Source of the DNA: Deltaproteobacteria bacterium
GTDB taxonomy: Bacteria > Myxococcota > Kuafuiibacteriia > Kuafuiibacteriales > Kuafuiibacteriaceae
Direction: 5' to 3'
Length of the DNA stretch: 64,000 bases
Assembly: GCA_040218735.1 (NCBI GenBank)
Contig: JAVJQW010000055.1
Location: 96,001-160,000, forward strand
Numbering within the stretch: the stretch's first letter is position 1; each line of letters begins with the position of its first letter. Of the stretch, positions 38,667-47,853 are shown piece by piece. A program made the position numbers and the translations under genes. A model generated the notes under the pieces. The model was given only the letters and a program-made list of their open reading frames with translations, made no database searches and was not told where the DNA came from.

Positions 38667-38914
38667 GCCGTCGCTCCCACGCGCTCTTCGAGGAACAGCA
38701 CGAGCTTCTCGACGGTGTCGACGCCGTGGTACGCGCTGGGTTCGGCTTTGTACCCGAAGTCCTTCTGTAGCAGCAGGATGAAGTCGACAACGTCGAGGCT
38801 GTCGAGCCCCAACGTCGCGGTGAAGTTTGCGTCGTCTTCGATGACTTCTCGGTCGACGGAGAAGTCATCGGTGAGGATTCGAATCACGTGGGATCGGATG
38901 TCGTTTCGAGTCAT
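38663..38914 (-). CDS. Acyl carrier protein
   Basis: LGLDSLDVVD phosphopantetheine site; acidic, 83 aa. Confidence 0.9.
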   Translation of the reverse strand: MTRNDIRSHVIRILTDDFSVDREVIEDDANFTATLGLDSLDVVDFILLLQKDFGYKAEPSAYHGVDTVEKLVLFLEERVGATA

Positions 38915-39927
38915 TTCGATTCTCCTGGGATGCGAATGAGTGCAGCGCCCGCGCAGAAGCCGGCGCCGCCGCCGACCAGCAACACGTTCGCGCCCGGCCG
39001 CAGGCGAGACGAGGTCAGCGCCTCGTCGGTCGCCACGGCCAAAGAAGCGGCGGACATGTTCCCGGTGCGGTGGACGTTGACGAACACCTTGGCGCTGGGG
39101 ATTCGCAGGTAGCGCGCGAGGCGATCGAGGATCAGGCGGTTGGGTTGGTGCGGGACGACGAGGTCGATGTCGTCGAAGGTCAGGCGCATCGCGTCGAGGA
39201 GGGTGTTGGCCGCCTGACTCATGCCCTCCAGTGCGGTGAGGAACACCCGCGGACCATCGACCATCTTCAGGAAGTGTTCGCGGCGCGCGGCGGTGTCGGC
39301 CGTGGTCGGTCGACGACTGCCGCCCGCGGGGACGTGGATTGCCTCGGCGCCTTCGCCGTCGGTCATCAGGTGCACGGCGAGGAGCCCTTCACCGACGGGG
39401 CCGCGCTCGAGGAGCAGGCCTCCGGCGCCGTCGCCGAAGAGCGCGAAGGTCCCTCGGTCCGTGGGGTCGATGAGTCGCGAGCGAATGTCCGCCGCGAGGA
39501 CGAGGACGCGCTCGTCACCGGTGAGGATGGAGCGCGCAGCGAGGTCGAGGCCGAAGAGGAACCCACCGCACGCCGCGGCGACGTCGAAGGCCGGCGCGGG
39601 CGCGAGCCCGAGACCGCGTTGGACGAAACACGCGCAGGCGGGGATCGGGTGGTCGGGCGAGGAGGTGCCGACGACGAGGCGATCGACATTTGCGACACCG
39701 GCGCGGTCCAGCACCGTGCGGCCGGCCTCGATGGCGAGGTCGCTCGTGGCCTGGTCGGGCGCGGCCCACCGCCGCTCGCGGATGCCCGTGAGCTTTTCGA
39801 TCTGCGCCGCCGTGAGCGGCGCGTCGGCTCGGGCCGCGAGCTCGTCGGTCGTGACGACGCGACCCGGGAGGTAGGAGCCGGTCGAGCGGATACGCAGGCC
39901 GGCGTGCTCGGCGATCAGGAGGCTCAT
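38911..39927 (-). CDS. Beta-ketoacyl-ACP synthase III-like condensing enzyme (C-H-N intact)
   Basis: TGIRERR, AACGGF, LFGDGAG, VPHQPN, GNMSAAS. Confidence 0.9.
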   Translation of the reverse strand: MSLLIAEHAGLRIRSTGSYLPGRVVTTDELAARADAPLTAAQIEKLTGIRERRWAAPDQATSDLAIEAGRTVLDRAGVANVDRLVVGTSSPDHPIPACACFVQRGLGLAPAPAFDVAAACGGFLFGLDLAARSILTGDERVLVLAADIRSRLIDPTDRGTFALFGDGAGGLLLERGPVGEGLLAVHLMTDGEGAEAIHVPAGGSRRPTTADTAARREHFLKMVDGPRVFLTALEGMSQAANTLLDAMRLTFDDIDLVVPHQPNRLILDRLARYLRIPSAKVFVNVHRTGNMSAASLAVATDEALTSSRLRPGANVLLVGGGAGFCAGAALIRIPGESK

Positions 39928-40163
39928 CGACTCGTCTCCTGCGTCCGTTGGACGAGTCGAACGAGCGCACCGATCGATTCGAACGCCGCGGGTGTCACGT
40001 CGCGCGCGCTCAATCGGACGCCGAAGTCGTCCTCGATCGCGCCGTGCACGAGGACGATGCCGAGGGAGTCGAGCCCGATGGGTTGGTCGTCGCCGAGCGC
40101 GGTGACGTCGAGCGTCGCGTGACGCGAGACGATTCGCGCGAGCCGGTCGCGGATGTCAGACAT
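39924..40163 (-). CDS. Second acyl carrier protein
   Basis: MSDIRDRL (ATG at 40163); IGLDSLGIV...IEDDFGV...FESIGAL. Confidence 0.82.
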   Translation of the reverse strand: MSDIRDRLARIVSRHATLDVTALGDDQPIGLDSLGIVLVHGAIEDDFGVRLSARDVTPAAFESIGALVRLVQRTQETSR

Positions 40164-41205
40164 GGATGCCTCCCACGGAGTAGATCGCGGCGCCCCACGT
40201 GAGGCCGCCGCCGACGGCGCCGAGGAGCAGGTGCTCGTCGGCCCTGAACAACGGACGCCGATGGTGCAGCGCGAGGAAGAGGCCCGCCGCGCCGCAGTTG
40301 CCGTGGTCGGCGACGCCGTCGAATGTGCAGTCGTGGGCCACACCGAGCGCCGCAGACATCCGTTCGATCGCGGGGCGGCTGCTCTGCTGCGGGATGAAAC
40401 AGGCGATGTCTTCCACGCCGATCGTCGCCGATTCCATCGCGGTCGATGCGGCGTCGGCGCAGCGCAAGGTTCCTTGCTCGAGGAACGCCTCGGGTGCGGC
40501 GCGCAGCCAGTAAGCGCCGGCGTCGATGCGGTCGTGGGTGCAGGGGAAGGGGGCGCCCCCGCCCATCGCGTCGATCGAGCCGTCCGCGTCGAACGTCGAT
40601 GCCCTCAGGCCGCCACGGTCGTGAGGGACGATGACCACGGCACCTGCGCCGTCGCCGAGCGCCAGCGCCGCGAGCGGTGCGTCCGGGGGGATCATCAGGG
40701 AGAAGGCGTCGGCGCCGACGACCGCGACGGGCTGGCGCGTCGACGTCGCGAACAGGCAGCCCTGTACGAAGGCGAGGAGGCCCCCCGTGCAGCCGGCCCG
40801 AACGTCGAAGGCCGCGCACCGCGCGCCGACGCGGCCTGCGATCGCGGGCGCGTTGGCGCCCGTGATGCGCGCGGGCGTGCTGGTCGACGTGATGATCGCA
40901 CCCAGCGCGCCCGACGACAGGGCGGCGTCGTTCAGCGCCTGCTCGAGCGCGCGGGCGCCGAGGTCGACAGTGCTCGGGGCGTCGTCACGGAATGGCTCGC
41001 CGACGGCGTGCACCCAGTGCCGGTTCGCGACGCCGAGGCGCTCGAAGATCAACGCGTCCATCGCGTCGGCGTCGCGTGCGCCGCGCGGGCCGGTCGCGCC
41101 AAGGCGCTCGACGACCTCGCGGTTGGAGATCGGCGGCCCCGGGAGGTACGCACCGGTCCCGGCGATGCGGCAGCGCGCCGGCGTGTCGATCGTCAGCGCG
41201 GTCAT
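40156..41205 (-). CDS. KAS III-like condensing enzyme with His->Gln substitution
   Basis: AGCTGG (Cys kept), LGDGAGA, FIPQQSS in place of PHQ, HGNCGAA. ATG at 41205. Confidence 0.82.
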   Translation of the reverse strand: MTALTIDTPARCRIAGTGAYLPGPPISNREVVERLGATGPRGARDADAMDALIFERLGVANRHWVHAVGEPFRDDAPSTVDLGARALEQALNDAALSSGALGAIITSTSTPARITGANAPAIAGRVGARCAAFDVRAGCTGGLLAFVQGCLFATSTRQPVAVVGADAFSLMIPPDAPLAALALGDGAGAVVIVPHDRGGLRASTFDADGSIDAMGGGAPFPCTHDRIDAGAYWLRAAPEAFLEQGTLRCADAASTAMESATIGVEDIACFIPQQSSRPAIERMSAALGVAHDCTFDGVADHGNCGAAGLFLALHHRRPLFRADEHLLLGAVGGGLTWGAAIYSVGGIHV

Positions 41206-42851
41206 GACGAGGTCTCCGCGACGAGCGCGCGACACTGCGCGCGCTGCTTCTTGCCGCTCGACGTCTTCGGGAGCGTGTGCGGCGCGGCGAGCACCACGCG
41301 TTGCACCGCGACGCCGACGTGCCGGAGCACGGTCTGCGTGATGCCGCGTTCGAGCGCCCGACGTTCGTTCGGATCCGAGAGTCGCGTCTCGACGGCGATC
41401 ATCAGCGCGTCGGCGCCGCGTCGGTCGTCGAAGGCGCTCAGGGCATAGGCGTTGCCCTTGCGGACGCCGGGGAGTGACTCCACGGTTGCTTCGATGTCCT
41501 CGGCGTAGAAGTTACGGCCGCGAACGATGAGTACGTGTTTGGAGCGGCCGATGACGAAGAGCTCACCTCGCTCGTCGAAGTAGCCCAGATCGCCGGTTCG
41601 CAACTCACCGTCGCGAATGACTTCGTGCGTGGCGGATGGGTCACCGAGGTAACCGGCCATCACCGAGGGGCTGCGGACCGTGATCTCACCGACGCTCCGC
41701 GGCTCGAGCTCGACGCCGTTCGGGTCGCGCACGGCGACGAGGTTTCCGGTCAGCGGCGCGCCGACGGAGACGACCTCCACCGCGTCCGCGGATTCGGTCG
41801 CCTGGACGGCACGCGGGTGGCTCGCGTCCTGGAGCGCCTCACGCAGAATCCGCTGAACGCGGAGGCCGTCGCCCGGGCGTCCGAGCGAGACGCCGACGCA
41901 GCACTCCGCGAGGCCGTAGGCGCTGCAGAAGCTGGCAGGGTCGAGACCGGCGCGAGCAAAACGATCGTAGAACGCGCGGATGACTTCGGGCTGAATGGGT
42001 TCACCGCCCGAGACGACGAGCCGGAGCGCTCCAAGGTCGAGGCCGCTGAGGACGTCGTCGTCGACGCGCCGGGTGCTGAGTCCGAACGCAAAGCTCGGCG
42101 CGGTGGTGACGGTCGCACGGTGACGCGAGACCGCACGCCACCACGCCGCGGGCTCTTGAATGAAACGCGCCGGCGACATGAGTACGTGCTCGGCCGGTCC
42201 GAAGAGCGCCTGGAACAGCGCGCCGATCAGACCGAAGTCGTGATAGAGCGGCAGCCACGTGACGGCGGTGTCCGTGGGCCCGACCTGCGTGCGCTCGGCG
42301 AGAGCGCGGCAGTTGGCCATGAGGTTTCTCTGCAGCAGGACCGCAGGCTTCGGGAGCGACGTGCTGCCGGAGGTGCACTGGATCAGGCCGATGTCGTCCG
42401 GGCTCGGGTCCTGGTCGACGCCCGGCTCCGCGGTGAGCGTCGCGACGTCACAAATTCCGCGCTCCCCGAAGTTGGCCTCGATCGCCGCGCCGATCGTCGC
42501 GTCGGTCACGACGAAGCGGGCGCCCGTGGCGCGGGTGATGTGGTCGAGGAGCCGCCGGTAGTCGTCGAGTCGCGCCATCGCAACCGGGGGATACGCAGGC
42601 GCGACGGCGCCGCCCGCGAGCATCACGCCGAAGAGCATCTCGACGAGCTCGAAGCTCGTATCGAGCACCACGATCACCGCGTCGCCGCGCTCCAGGCCTC
42701 GACGCCGGAGCGCCTCGGCACGGCGGCGCGCGCCCTCGTAGATCTCGCCGTACGTTCGGCGCTCCTCGTGGCCGTCGGTGCCGGCGATCACGATGCCCTG
42801 GTCACTTCGTGCGGCGCGTCGCAGCGCGGCGCAGAGGTTGTTCGGCTCCAT
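41202..42851 (-). CDS. Fatty acyl-AMP ligase (FAAL)
   Basis: QCTSGSTSLPK, WLPLYHDFGL, YGLAE followed by a FAAL-type insertion, RTGDLG, GRNFYAEDIE, PKTSSGK. Confidence 0.9.
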   Translation of the reverse strand: MEPNNLCAALRRAARSDQGIVIAGTDGHEERRTYGEIYEGARRRAEALRRRGLERGDAVIVVLDTSFELVEMLFGVMLAGGAVAPAYPPVAMARLDDYRRLLDHITRATGARFVVTDATIGAAIEANFGERGICDVATLTAEPGVDQDPSPDDIGLIQCTSGSTSLPKPAVLLQRNLMANCRALAERTQVGPTDTAVTWLPLYHDFGLIGALFQALFGPAEHVLMSPARFIQEPAAWWRAVSRHRATVTTAPSFAFGLSTRRVDDDVLSGLDLGALRLVVSGGEPIQPEVIRAFYDRFARAGLDPASFCSAYGLAECCVGVSLGRPGDGLRVQRILREALQDASHPRAVQATESADAVEVVSVGAPLTGNLVAVRDPNGVELEPRSVGEITVRSPSVMAGYLGDPSATHEVIRDGELRTGDLGYFDERGELFVIGRSKHVLIVRGRNFYAEDIEATVESLPGVRKGNAYALSAFDDRRGADALMIAVETRLSDPNERRALERGITQTVLRHVGVAVQRVVLAAPHTLPKTSSGKKQRAQCRALVAETSS

Positions 42852-42866
42852 GCTGCCGAGGACGAG

Positions 42867-42882
42867 TGCAACGGAGGTGCCA
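42867..42882 (-). promoter_or_regulatory. Sigma54 (-24/-12) promoter of the FAAL operon
   Basis: Minus strand reads TGGCAC-CTCCG-TTGCA, an exact consensus match, 15 nt upstream of the FAAL ATG. Confidence 0.8.
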
Positions 42883-42952
42883 CCGGTAGCTCGTGGCGAG
42901 CGGCGCCGTCGTGTGCAGAACGCTTTACACCTTGTGTACGCGCCTGCGCGGC

Positions 42953-43723
42953 TTACAGGAGGTTCGTGAGGTGCAGCCCCCCGTCGATCGGGAGCACCGC
43001 GCCCGTGATCTGACCGGCGACGGGGGAGCACAGGAAGGTGACGAGCCGCGCTACGTCTTCGTTCTTCGACAGGGCGCGCGTCGCGGCCGCGCGTTTCATC
43101 TTCCGGCGCGCGGCGGGGTCGTCGTTGAGCTCCGCGAGGCGTTCGTTGTCGACGAAGCCCGGCGCGACGATGTTCGCGGTGACGCCGTAACGTCCGAAAT
43201 CGAGCGCGATGTTGCGCACGAGCCCTTCGAGCGCCGCCTTGACCGTCGAGTTGATCGGCGTCTTCGGCGCGCCCATGCGCCCGAGGTGCGAACCGACCAC
43301 CACCACCCGTCCGTCGCGCGCCGCCATCATCTCCTCCAACGCCGGCCCCAGGAGCGCGAAGGGCGCGCGGAGGTCGGTGTTCAGCGAGACGTCGAGGTCC
43401 TGCCGGAACACGCTGTGCACCTTCGCGTAGCGGTGCATGTGGCCGTGGCTCAGCACGACGATCGTCGGTGCTTCGCCGAGCGCCTCCGTGGCGCGCGCAA
43501 CGACACCGGACGCTGCGTCCCAGTCGCTCAAGTCGGCAGGGATGACGTGGGCTTCGCCGCCGCGTTCACGGATCTCGGCGGCGGTCCGGTCGAGGTTTGC
43601 CTCGCTCCGCGCGACGAGCGCGACGCGCACCCCTTCGTCGGCGAGCGCGAGCGCGATCGCCCGGCCGATGCCGCGGCTCGCGCCGGTGATGACGGCGGTT
43701 CGTCGTTCGAGATCGAGGAACAT
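42953..43723 (-). CDS. SDR/FabG-like oxidoreductase (atypical NxxxK)
   Basis: TGASRGIG, VAPGFV, ITGAVLPIDGG; catalytic motif reads NSTVK instead of YxxxK. Confidence 0.85.
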   Translation of the reverse strand: MFLDLERRTAVITGASRGIGRAIALALADEGVRVALVARSEANLDRTAAEIRERGGEAHVIPADLSDWDAASGVVARATEALGEAPTIVVLSHGHMHRYAKVHSVFRQDLDVSLNTDLRAPFALLGPALEEMMAARDGRVVVVGSHLGRMGAPKTPINSTVKAALEGLVRNIALDFGRYGVTANIVAPGFVDNERLAELNDDPAARRKMKRAAATRALSKNEDVARLVTFLCSPVAGQITGAVLPIDGGLHLTNLL

Positions 43724-43751
43724 GCGCCGGTGCGAATGCACGAAGCACGCC

Positions 43752-43767
43752 GGGCACGGTTCCTGCT
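43752..43767 (+). promoter_or_regulatory. Putative sigma54 promoter of the second MMPL gene
   Basis: GGGCACG-GTTC-CTGCT: GG-N10-GC spacing, 15 nt before ATG at 43783. Confidence 0.55.
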
Positions 43768-43782
43768 CTTGGTGGGCGGACG

Positions 43783-46134
43783 ATGGAGCGCGCTGCGCAT
43801 GCGATCGCCACGACGATCGTCGATCACCCGAAGCTGTGTCTGAGCGCCGCGCTCGTCGTCACGGTGGTGGCGGGGGTGGCGGGGGTGGCCGCGCCCGGGC
43901 TTCGGTTCGACTCGTCCTATCGCTCGATGCTCCCGCCGGACGAGCCGCGGATCCTCGAGGCGGACGCCGTGCGCGCCCGCACGGGGGGGCAGCGGCAGCT
44001 GGTGATCGCCGTGTCCGGGCCCGACGCCGAGCGGCGTGCGGCGTTCGGGCGGGCGCTCGCGGACGACATCGAGGCCCTACCTCAGATTCGCTGGGTCGAC
44101 GCCGAGCTCCCGGTCGCGTGGTTCGAGGCGCGTGCGCTGTGGCTGCTCGAGGAAGACGAGCTCGAGGCGATCGTGGAGGCGGTGGGCGACGCTCTGGATC
44201 GCGAGGCCGCGGCCCGTCACCCCTTGAGCATCGCGCTCGACGCGGACTCGACGGCGGAGGACGCGTGGGCTCGCGTTCGACAACGCATCGACGCGAACCG
44301 CAGCGAGCTCCATCGTATGCACCTCGAGAGCCGCGACGGGCGCTACACCTTCGTCGTCGTCACCCCGACCGTGACGGTCATGGACTTCGAGGGGTCGAAC
44401 GCTCTCTTCAGTGGAATCGAACGTGCGGTGCGTTCCCTCCGCGAAGTGTACCCCGACGTCGAGGTTCGGTACGCGGGGAAGTTCCAGCTCGCGCGCGACC
44501 AACACGCCGTCCTCACGGCGGACATGCGGCGCGCGTCCCTGCTCGCGTTCGCGTTGTGCCTCATCGTCATCGCGCTCGTCACGCGCCGCCTCGCGGCTCC
44601 GTTGATCGTCGTGGGCGGTGTGGTGCTCGGACTCGTCTGGACCCTCGCCGCCGCGCGGCTCCTCGTCGGTTCTCTCAACCTCATCAGCGCGTTCCTCGTG
44701 CCGGTGCTGATCGGCCTCGGCGCGGACTTCGGCATTCACCTCGTGGTCCGCTACGGGCAGGAGCGGGCGGAGCGCCCGGCGCGCGCCGCACGGATCGCGA
44801 CCGTCGCCGGTCTGCTCCCGCCTTCGTTCGTCAGCGCACTCACCACGGCCGGCACGTTCGCGGTGCTCACGCTCTCCGACTTTCGCGGCTTCTCGGAGCT
44901 GGGGCTCGTCGCGGCCGTCGGCGTGTTGCTCACCTTCGTCGTGAGCTTCCTCGCGGTGCCTTCCATGCTCGGGCGCTTCGGCGGCGCTACGACGCCGGTG
45001 TCCGGAGGCGCACGTGTCTTCCCGCGTCGCGCGGCCGTGCTCGTCGTGATCGCCCTATCCGTCGGCGCGCTCTTCGGCGCCGTCCGCGCGACCGACATCC
45101 GCTTCGACAACGACTACCGCCGCCTGAGGACCGACTCCGACGAGGTCGAGTTCTTCCGCTACGTCGACGAGAACCTCGGCCTTCGATTCGATCCGACGGT
45201 GGTGGTGGTCGACGATCTGGACGCGGCGCGCGCCGTCCACCGGGCCATCGCCGCCGAGGGGGTGGGGCGCGTGTTCTCGATCGTCGATCTCCTCCCGCGA
45301 ACGTCACCGCGGCGCCGCGAGCTCTTGGACGAGCTGCAGGCGTTGCTGTCCCGGCGTGCCTACGACGGGCTCCGAGGCGACGACGCCGAGCTGCTCGCAC
45401 GCGCGCGCGCGCAGGTCGCGCAGGCGCCGTGGTCGGTCGACGAGATCCCGGCCACGGTGCGTCGCCGCCTCATGACGTTGGACGGGGAGGGGTGCACGGT
45501 CCTGTTTTGGCCCGACACACCGATCACCTCCGACGCCGCCGCGTGGGCCTGGGCGGAGCGCCTCGATCGAATCGGCGCGCAGCTCGACGCGGAGGGCGTC
45601 ACGCACCTGATGGCGACGGAGACGTTGACGCCGTCGTGGGTGCACCAGCGCATCGTCGCCGACGCGCCGAAGACGATCACGCTCGCGGCGCTCGTCGTTC
45701 TGATGATCACCGCGGCCTCGATGCGGACGGTGCGGAGGACGCTGCTCGTCTGCGTCCCGCTGGTCGTCGCCGTGACGGGGACGCTCGGGGTGATGGTCGC
45801 GACCGGCCTCGACCTCGACATGTTCAACCTCATCGTCCTGCCCACCGTGTTGGGCATCGGCATCGACAACCTCGTGCACCTCGTCCACCGCTACGAGCGC
45901 TGCGGACCGGGCTCGATGCCGTTCGTGTGGAAGAGGACGGGGCAGTCGGTGCTCCTCACGTCCGTCACCACCGCGATCGGCTTCGGCGCGATGCTCGTGG
46001 CGCACCACGCCGGGCTCAGGAGCCTCGGCACGTTGGCGTTGATCGCGATCGGCGCCACGCTGCTCGCGGCGGCCGTGTATCTCCCGGCGCTGTTGGTGAT
46101 GATCGATCGCGCAGCGCCGGATCGAGTACGCTGA
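43783..46134 (+). CDS. MMPL/RND family transporter (HpnN-like)
   Basis: IGLGADFGIHL, SDFRGFSELG, GIGIDNLVHL, LTSVTTAIGF. Confidence 0.9.
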   Translation: MERAAHAIATTIVDHPKLCLSAALVVTVVAGVAGVAAPGLRFDSSYRSMLPPDEPRILEADAVRARTGGQRQLVIAVSGPDAERRAAFGRALADDIEALPQIRWVDAELPVAWFEARALWLLEEDELEAIVEAVGDALDREAAARHPLSIALDADSTAEDAWARVRQRIDANRSELHRMHLESRDGRYTFVVVTPTVTVMDFEGSNALFSGIERAVRSLREVYPDVEVRYAGKFQLARDQHAVLTADMRRASLLAFALCLIVIALVTRRLAAPLIVVGGVVLGLVWTLAAARLLVGSLNLISAFLVPVLIGLGADFGIHLVVRYGQERAERPARAARIATVAGLLPPSFVSALTTAGTFAVLTLSDFRGFSELGLVAAVGVLLTFVVSFLAVPSMLGRFGGATTPVSGGARVFPRRAAVLVVIALSVGALFGAVRATDIRFDNDYRRLRTDSDEVEFFRYVDENLGLRFDPTVVVVDDLDAARAVHRAIAAEGVGRVFSIVDLLPRTSPRRRELLDELQALLSRRAYDGLRGDDAELLARARAQVAQAPWSVDEIPATVRRRLMTLDGEGCTVLFWPDTPITSDAAAWAWAERLDRIGAQLDAEGVTHLMATETLTPSWVHQRIVADAPKTITLAALVVLMITAASMRTVRRTLLVCVPLVVAVTGTLGVMVATGLDLDMFNLIVLPTVLGIGIDNLVHLVHRYERCGPGSMPFVWKRTGQSVLLTSVTTAIGFGAMLVAHHAGLRSLGTLALIAIGATLLAAAVYLPALLVMIDRAAPDRVR

Positions 46135-46241
46135 TTCGGACGTCGCCAGCACACCGCCCAAGCGCTTACGCTGGATGCGAAGCTCGAAGCGGCGCGCGAG
46201 GCCCTCGCCCACGGGGTGCTCGACGTGGGATACGACGGCGC

Positions 46242-47057
46242 ATGAACGCACGCTCCCTGCTCGCCCGCCGGATCGAGCTCGACGACGCCTGGACCCCGAG
46301 CAGCCACAGCCCGGTCTGTTGTCTGATCTACGCGACGCAGAACGGATGGAAGCTGCCGATCCTCTTCGAAGAGATGGGCGTGCCGTACGACTGGGCGCTC
46401 GTCGACTTCGAGAAACAAGAGCAGCGCAGTGAGCGGTTCCTCGCGATCAACCCGAATGGCCGCATCCCCGCACTCATCGATCGTGAGCGCGAGGTCACGG
46501 TCGCGGAGTCGGGCGCGATCCTCGAGTACGCAGCGATCCGGTTCGACAGTTCTCTACTTCCGTCGCCGCAAGACGACTTGCAGCTCCACCTCGCGGTGAA
46601 GCAGTGGCTCTATTGGCAGGTGAGCGGGCTCGGTCCGGCGATGGGGCAGGCGATGTACTTTCAGCGCCTCGCGAAGGTGCAGGGCCACGACGATCCGTTT
46701 GCGATCGGACGCTTCGTCGCGGAGGCGGAGCGGTGCCTCGCGATGTTGGACGACCAGCTGAAGACGTCCGGCGGTCCGTTTGTGCTCGGGGAGCGATGCA
46801 CGCTGGTCGACGTCGCGTGTTTTCCGTACTGCGCGAGCGCGTACTGGGCGAACACGGACATCACGGGGCTCGAACACCTGCGCGCGTGGATCGATCGACT
46901 CCACGCGCGGCCCTCGTTCCAGACCGGACTCGGGATTCCGTTTGCGCGCCCTGCGTTCTTCGGGCCGCCCCACGCCACGCCCGCGGAGATCGACGCGGAG
47001 ATCCAGCGCAACGCGGGGCAGTTCGCGATCGTGACCAAGGCGCCTTCGGGGCGTTGA
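46242..47057 (+). CDS. Glutathione S-transferase (YfcG/YghU-like)
   Basis: TQNGWK, INPNGRIPAL, ESGAILEY, QWLYWQVSGLGP. Confidence 0.9.
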   Translation: MNARSLLARRIELDDAWTPSSHSPVCCLIYATQNGWKLPILFEEMGVPYDWALVDFEKQEQRSERFLAINPNGRIPALIDREREVTVAESGAILEYAAIRFDSSLLPSPQDDLQLHLAVKQWLYWQVSGLGPAMGQAMYFQRLAKVQGHDDPFAIGRFVAEAERCLAMLDDQLKTSGGPFVLGERCTLVDVACFPYCASAYWANTDITGLEHLRAWIDRLHARPSFQTGLGIPFARPAFFGPPHATPAEIDAEIQRNAGQFAIVTKAPSGR

Positions 47058-47083
47058 CATACACATAAGCATAGACTTATTAG
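47054..47083 (+). promoter_or_regulatory. Sigma70-type promoter with overlapping ArsR operator
   Basis: TTGACA at 47054; inverted repeat ATAAG-N6-CTTAT at 47065-47080; AT-rich -10 just before the GTG at 47090. Confidence 0.65.
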
Positions 47084-47089
47084 TCGGGC

Positions 47090-47416
47090 GTGCGGTCGAG
47101 CGCAGCCGAAGACCGGGTGTTCCGCGCGCTCGCGGACCCGAGCCGTCGTGCGATCTTCGAGTCGCTGACGCGCGGCGAGAGCGACGTGCAGACGTTGACG
47201 TCGCGCTTCGACATCTCGCAGCCGGCGGTGTCGCAGCACCTCGCCGCGCTCAAGAGCGCGGGTCTGGTGAACGGGCGGCGCGACGGACGGCGTGTCTACT
47301 ACCGCGTGGAGCCGCGCGGGATGAAGCCGCTCATCGATTGGATCACGTACTACCGCGCGTTCTGGACAGAGCACGTCGGTCGGCTCGAGAAGCTGCTGGA
47401 GAAGATGGACGAATGA
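47090..47416 (+). CDS. ArsR/SmtB family transcriptional regulator
   Basis: FRALADPSRR, SQPAVSQHL, GRRVYY. Confidence 0.93.
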   Translation: MRSSAAEDRVFRALADPSRRAIFESLTRGESDVQTLTSRFDISQPAVSQHLAALKSAGLVNGRRDGRRVYYRVEPRGMKPLIDWITYYRAFWTEHVGRLEKLLEKMDE

Positions 47417-47853
47417 GTATCGTCGACAAGACCCCGTCGTCGCAGACGGAGCGCATCGAGATGGAGGTCGAGCTCGCGCACGCACCCGCCAAGGTGTGGC
47501 GCGCGCTCACGGAGCCCGAGCTGCTCACGGAGTGGTTGCTGCCGGTGTTCGGCCTCTCGCTGGAGCCCGGCGTGGCGTTCACGTTTCAGGCGCCGCCGCA
47601 GCCCGAGTGGGATGGCAAGGTACGTTGCAAGCTCTTGAGCGTGGCGCCGATGGAGCGCATCAGCTGGTCGTGGGTCGTAGGGGACATGGACACCGTCGTC
47701 ACCTTCACGCTCGAAGCGATCGACACGGGGACGCGGCTGTCGCTCCTGCACACGGGCTTCGCGGAGCACCAGAAGAAGAACTTCGGTGGCGCGCGCTACG
47801 GCTGGAAGATGATGGGCGGCCAACTCGTCGAGCTGCTCGGGAGGACCTCGTGA
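47413..47853 (+). CDS. SRPBCC (AHSA1-like) domain protein
   Basis: KVWRALTEPELLTEW, GTRLSLLHTGF, GW; ATGA-coupled to ArsR. Confidence 0.88.
   Translation: MSIVDKTPSSQTERIEMEVELAHAPAKVWRALTEPELLTEWLLPVFGLSLEPGVAFTFQAPPQPEWDGKVRCKLLSVAPMERISWSWVVGDMDTVVTFTLEAIDTGTRLSLLHTGFAEHQKKNFGGARYGWKMMGGQLVELLGRTS

Noticed and set aside
33553-43723. Impression of slightly more A/T-ending codons, suggesting horizontal acquisition
   Set aside because: Not quantified, and I saw no integrase, tRNA, transposase or flanking direct repeats; a GC3/tetranucleotide scan is needed.
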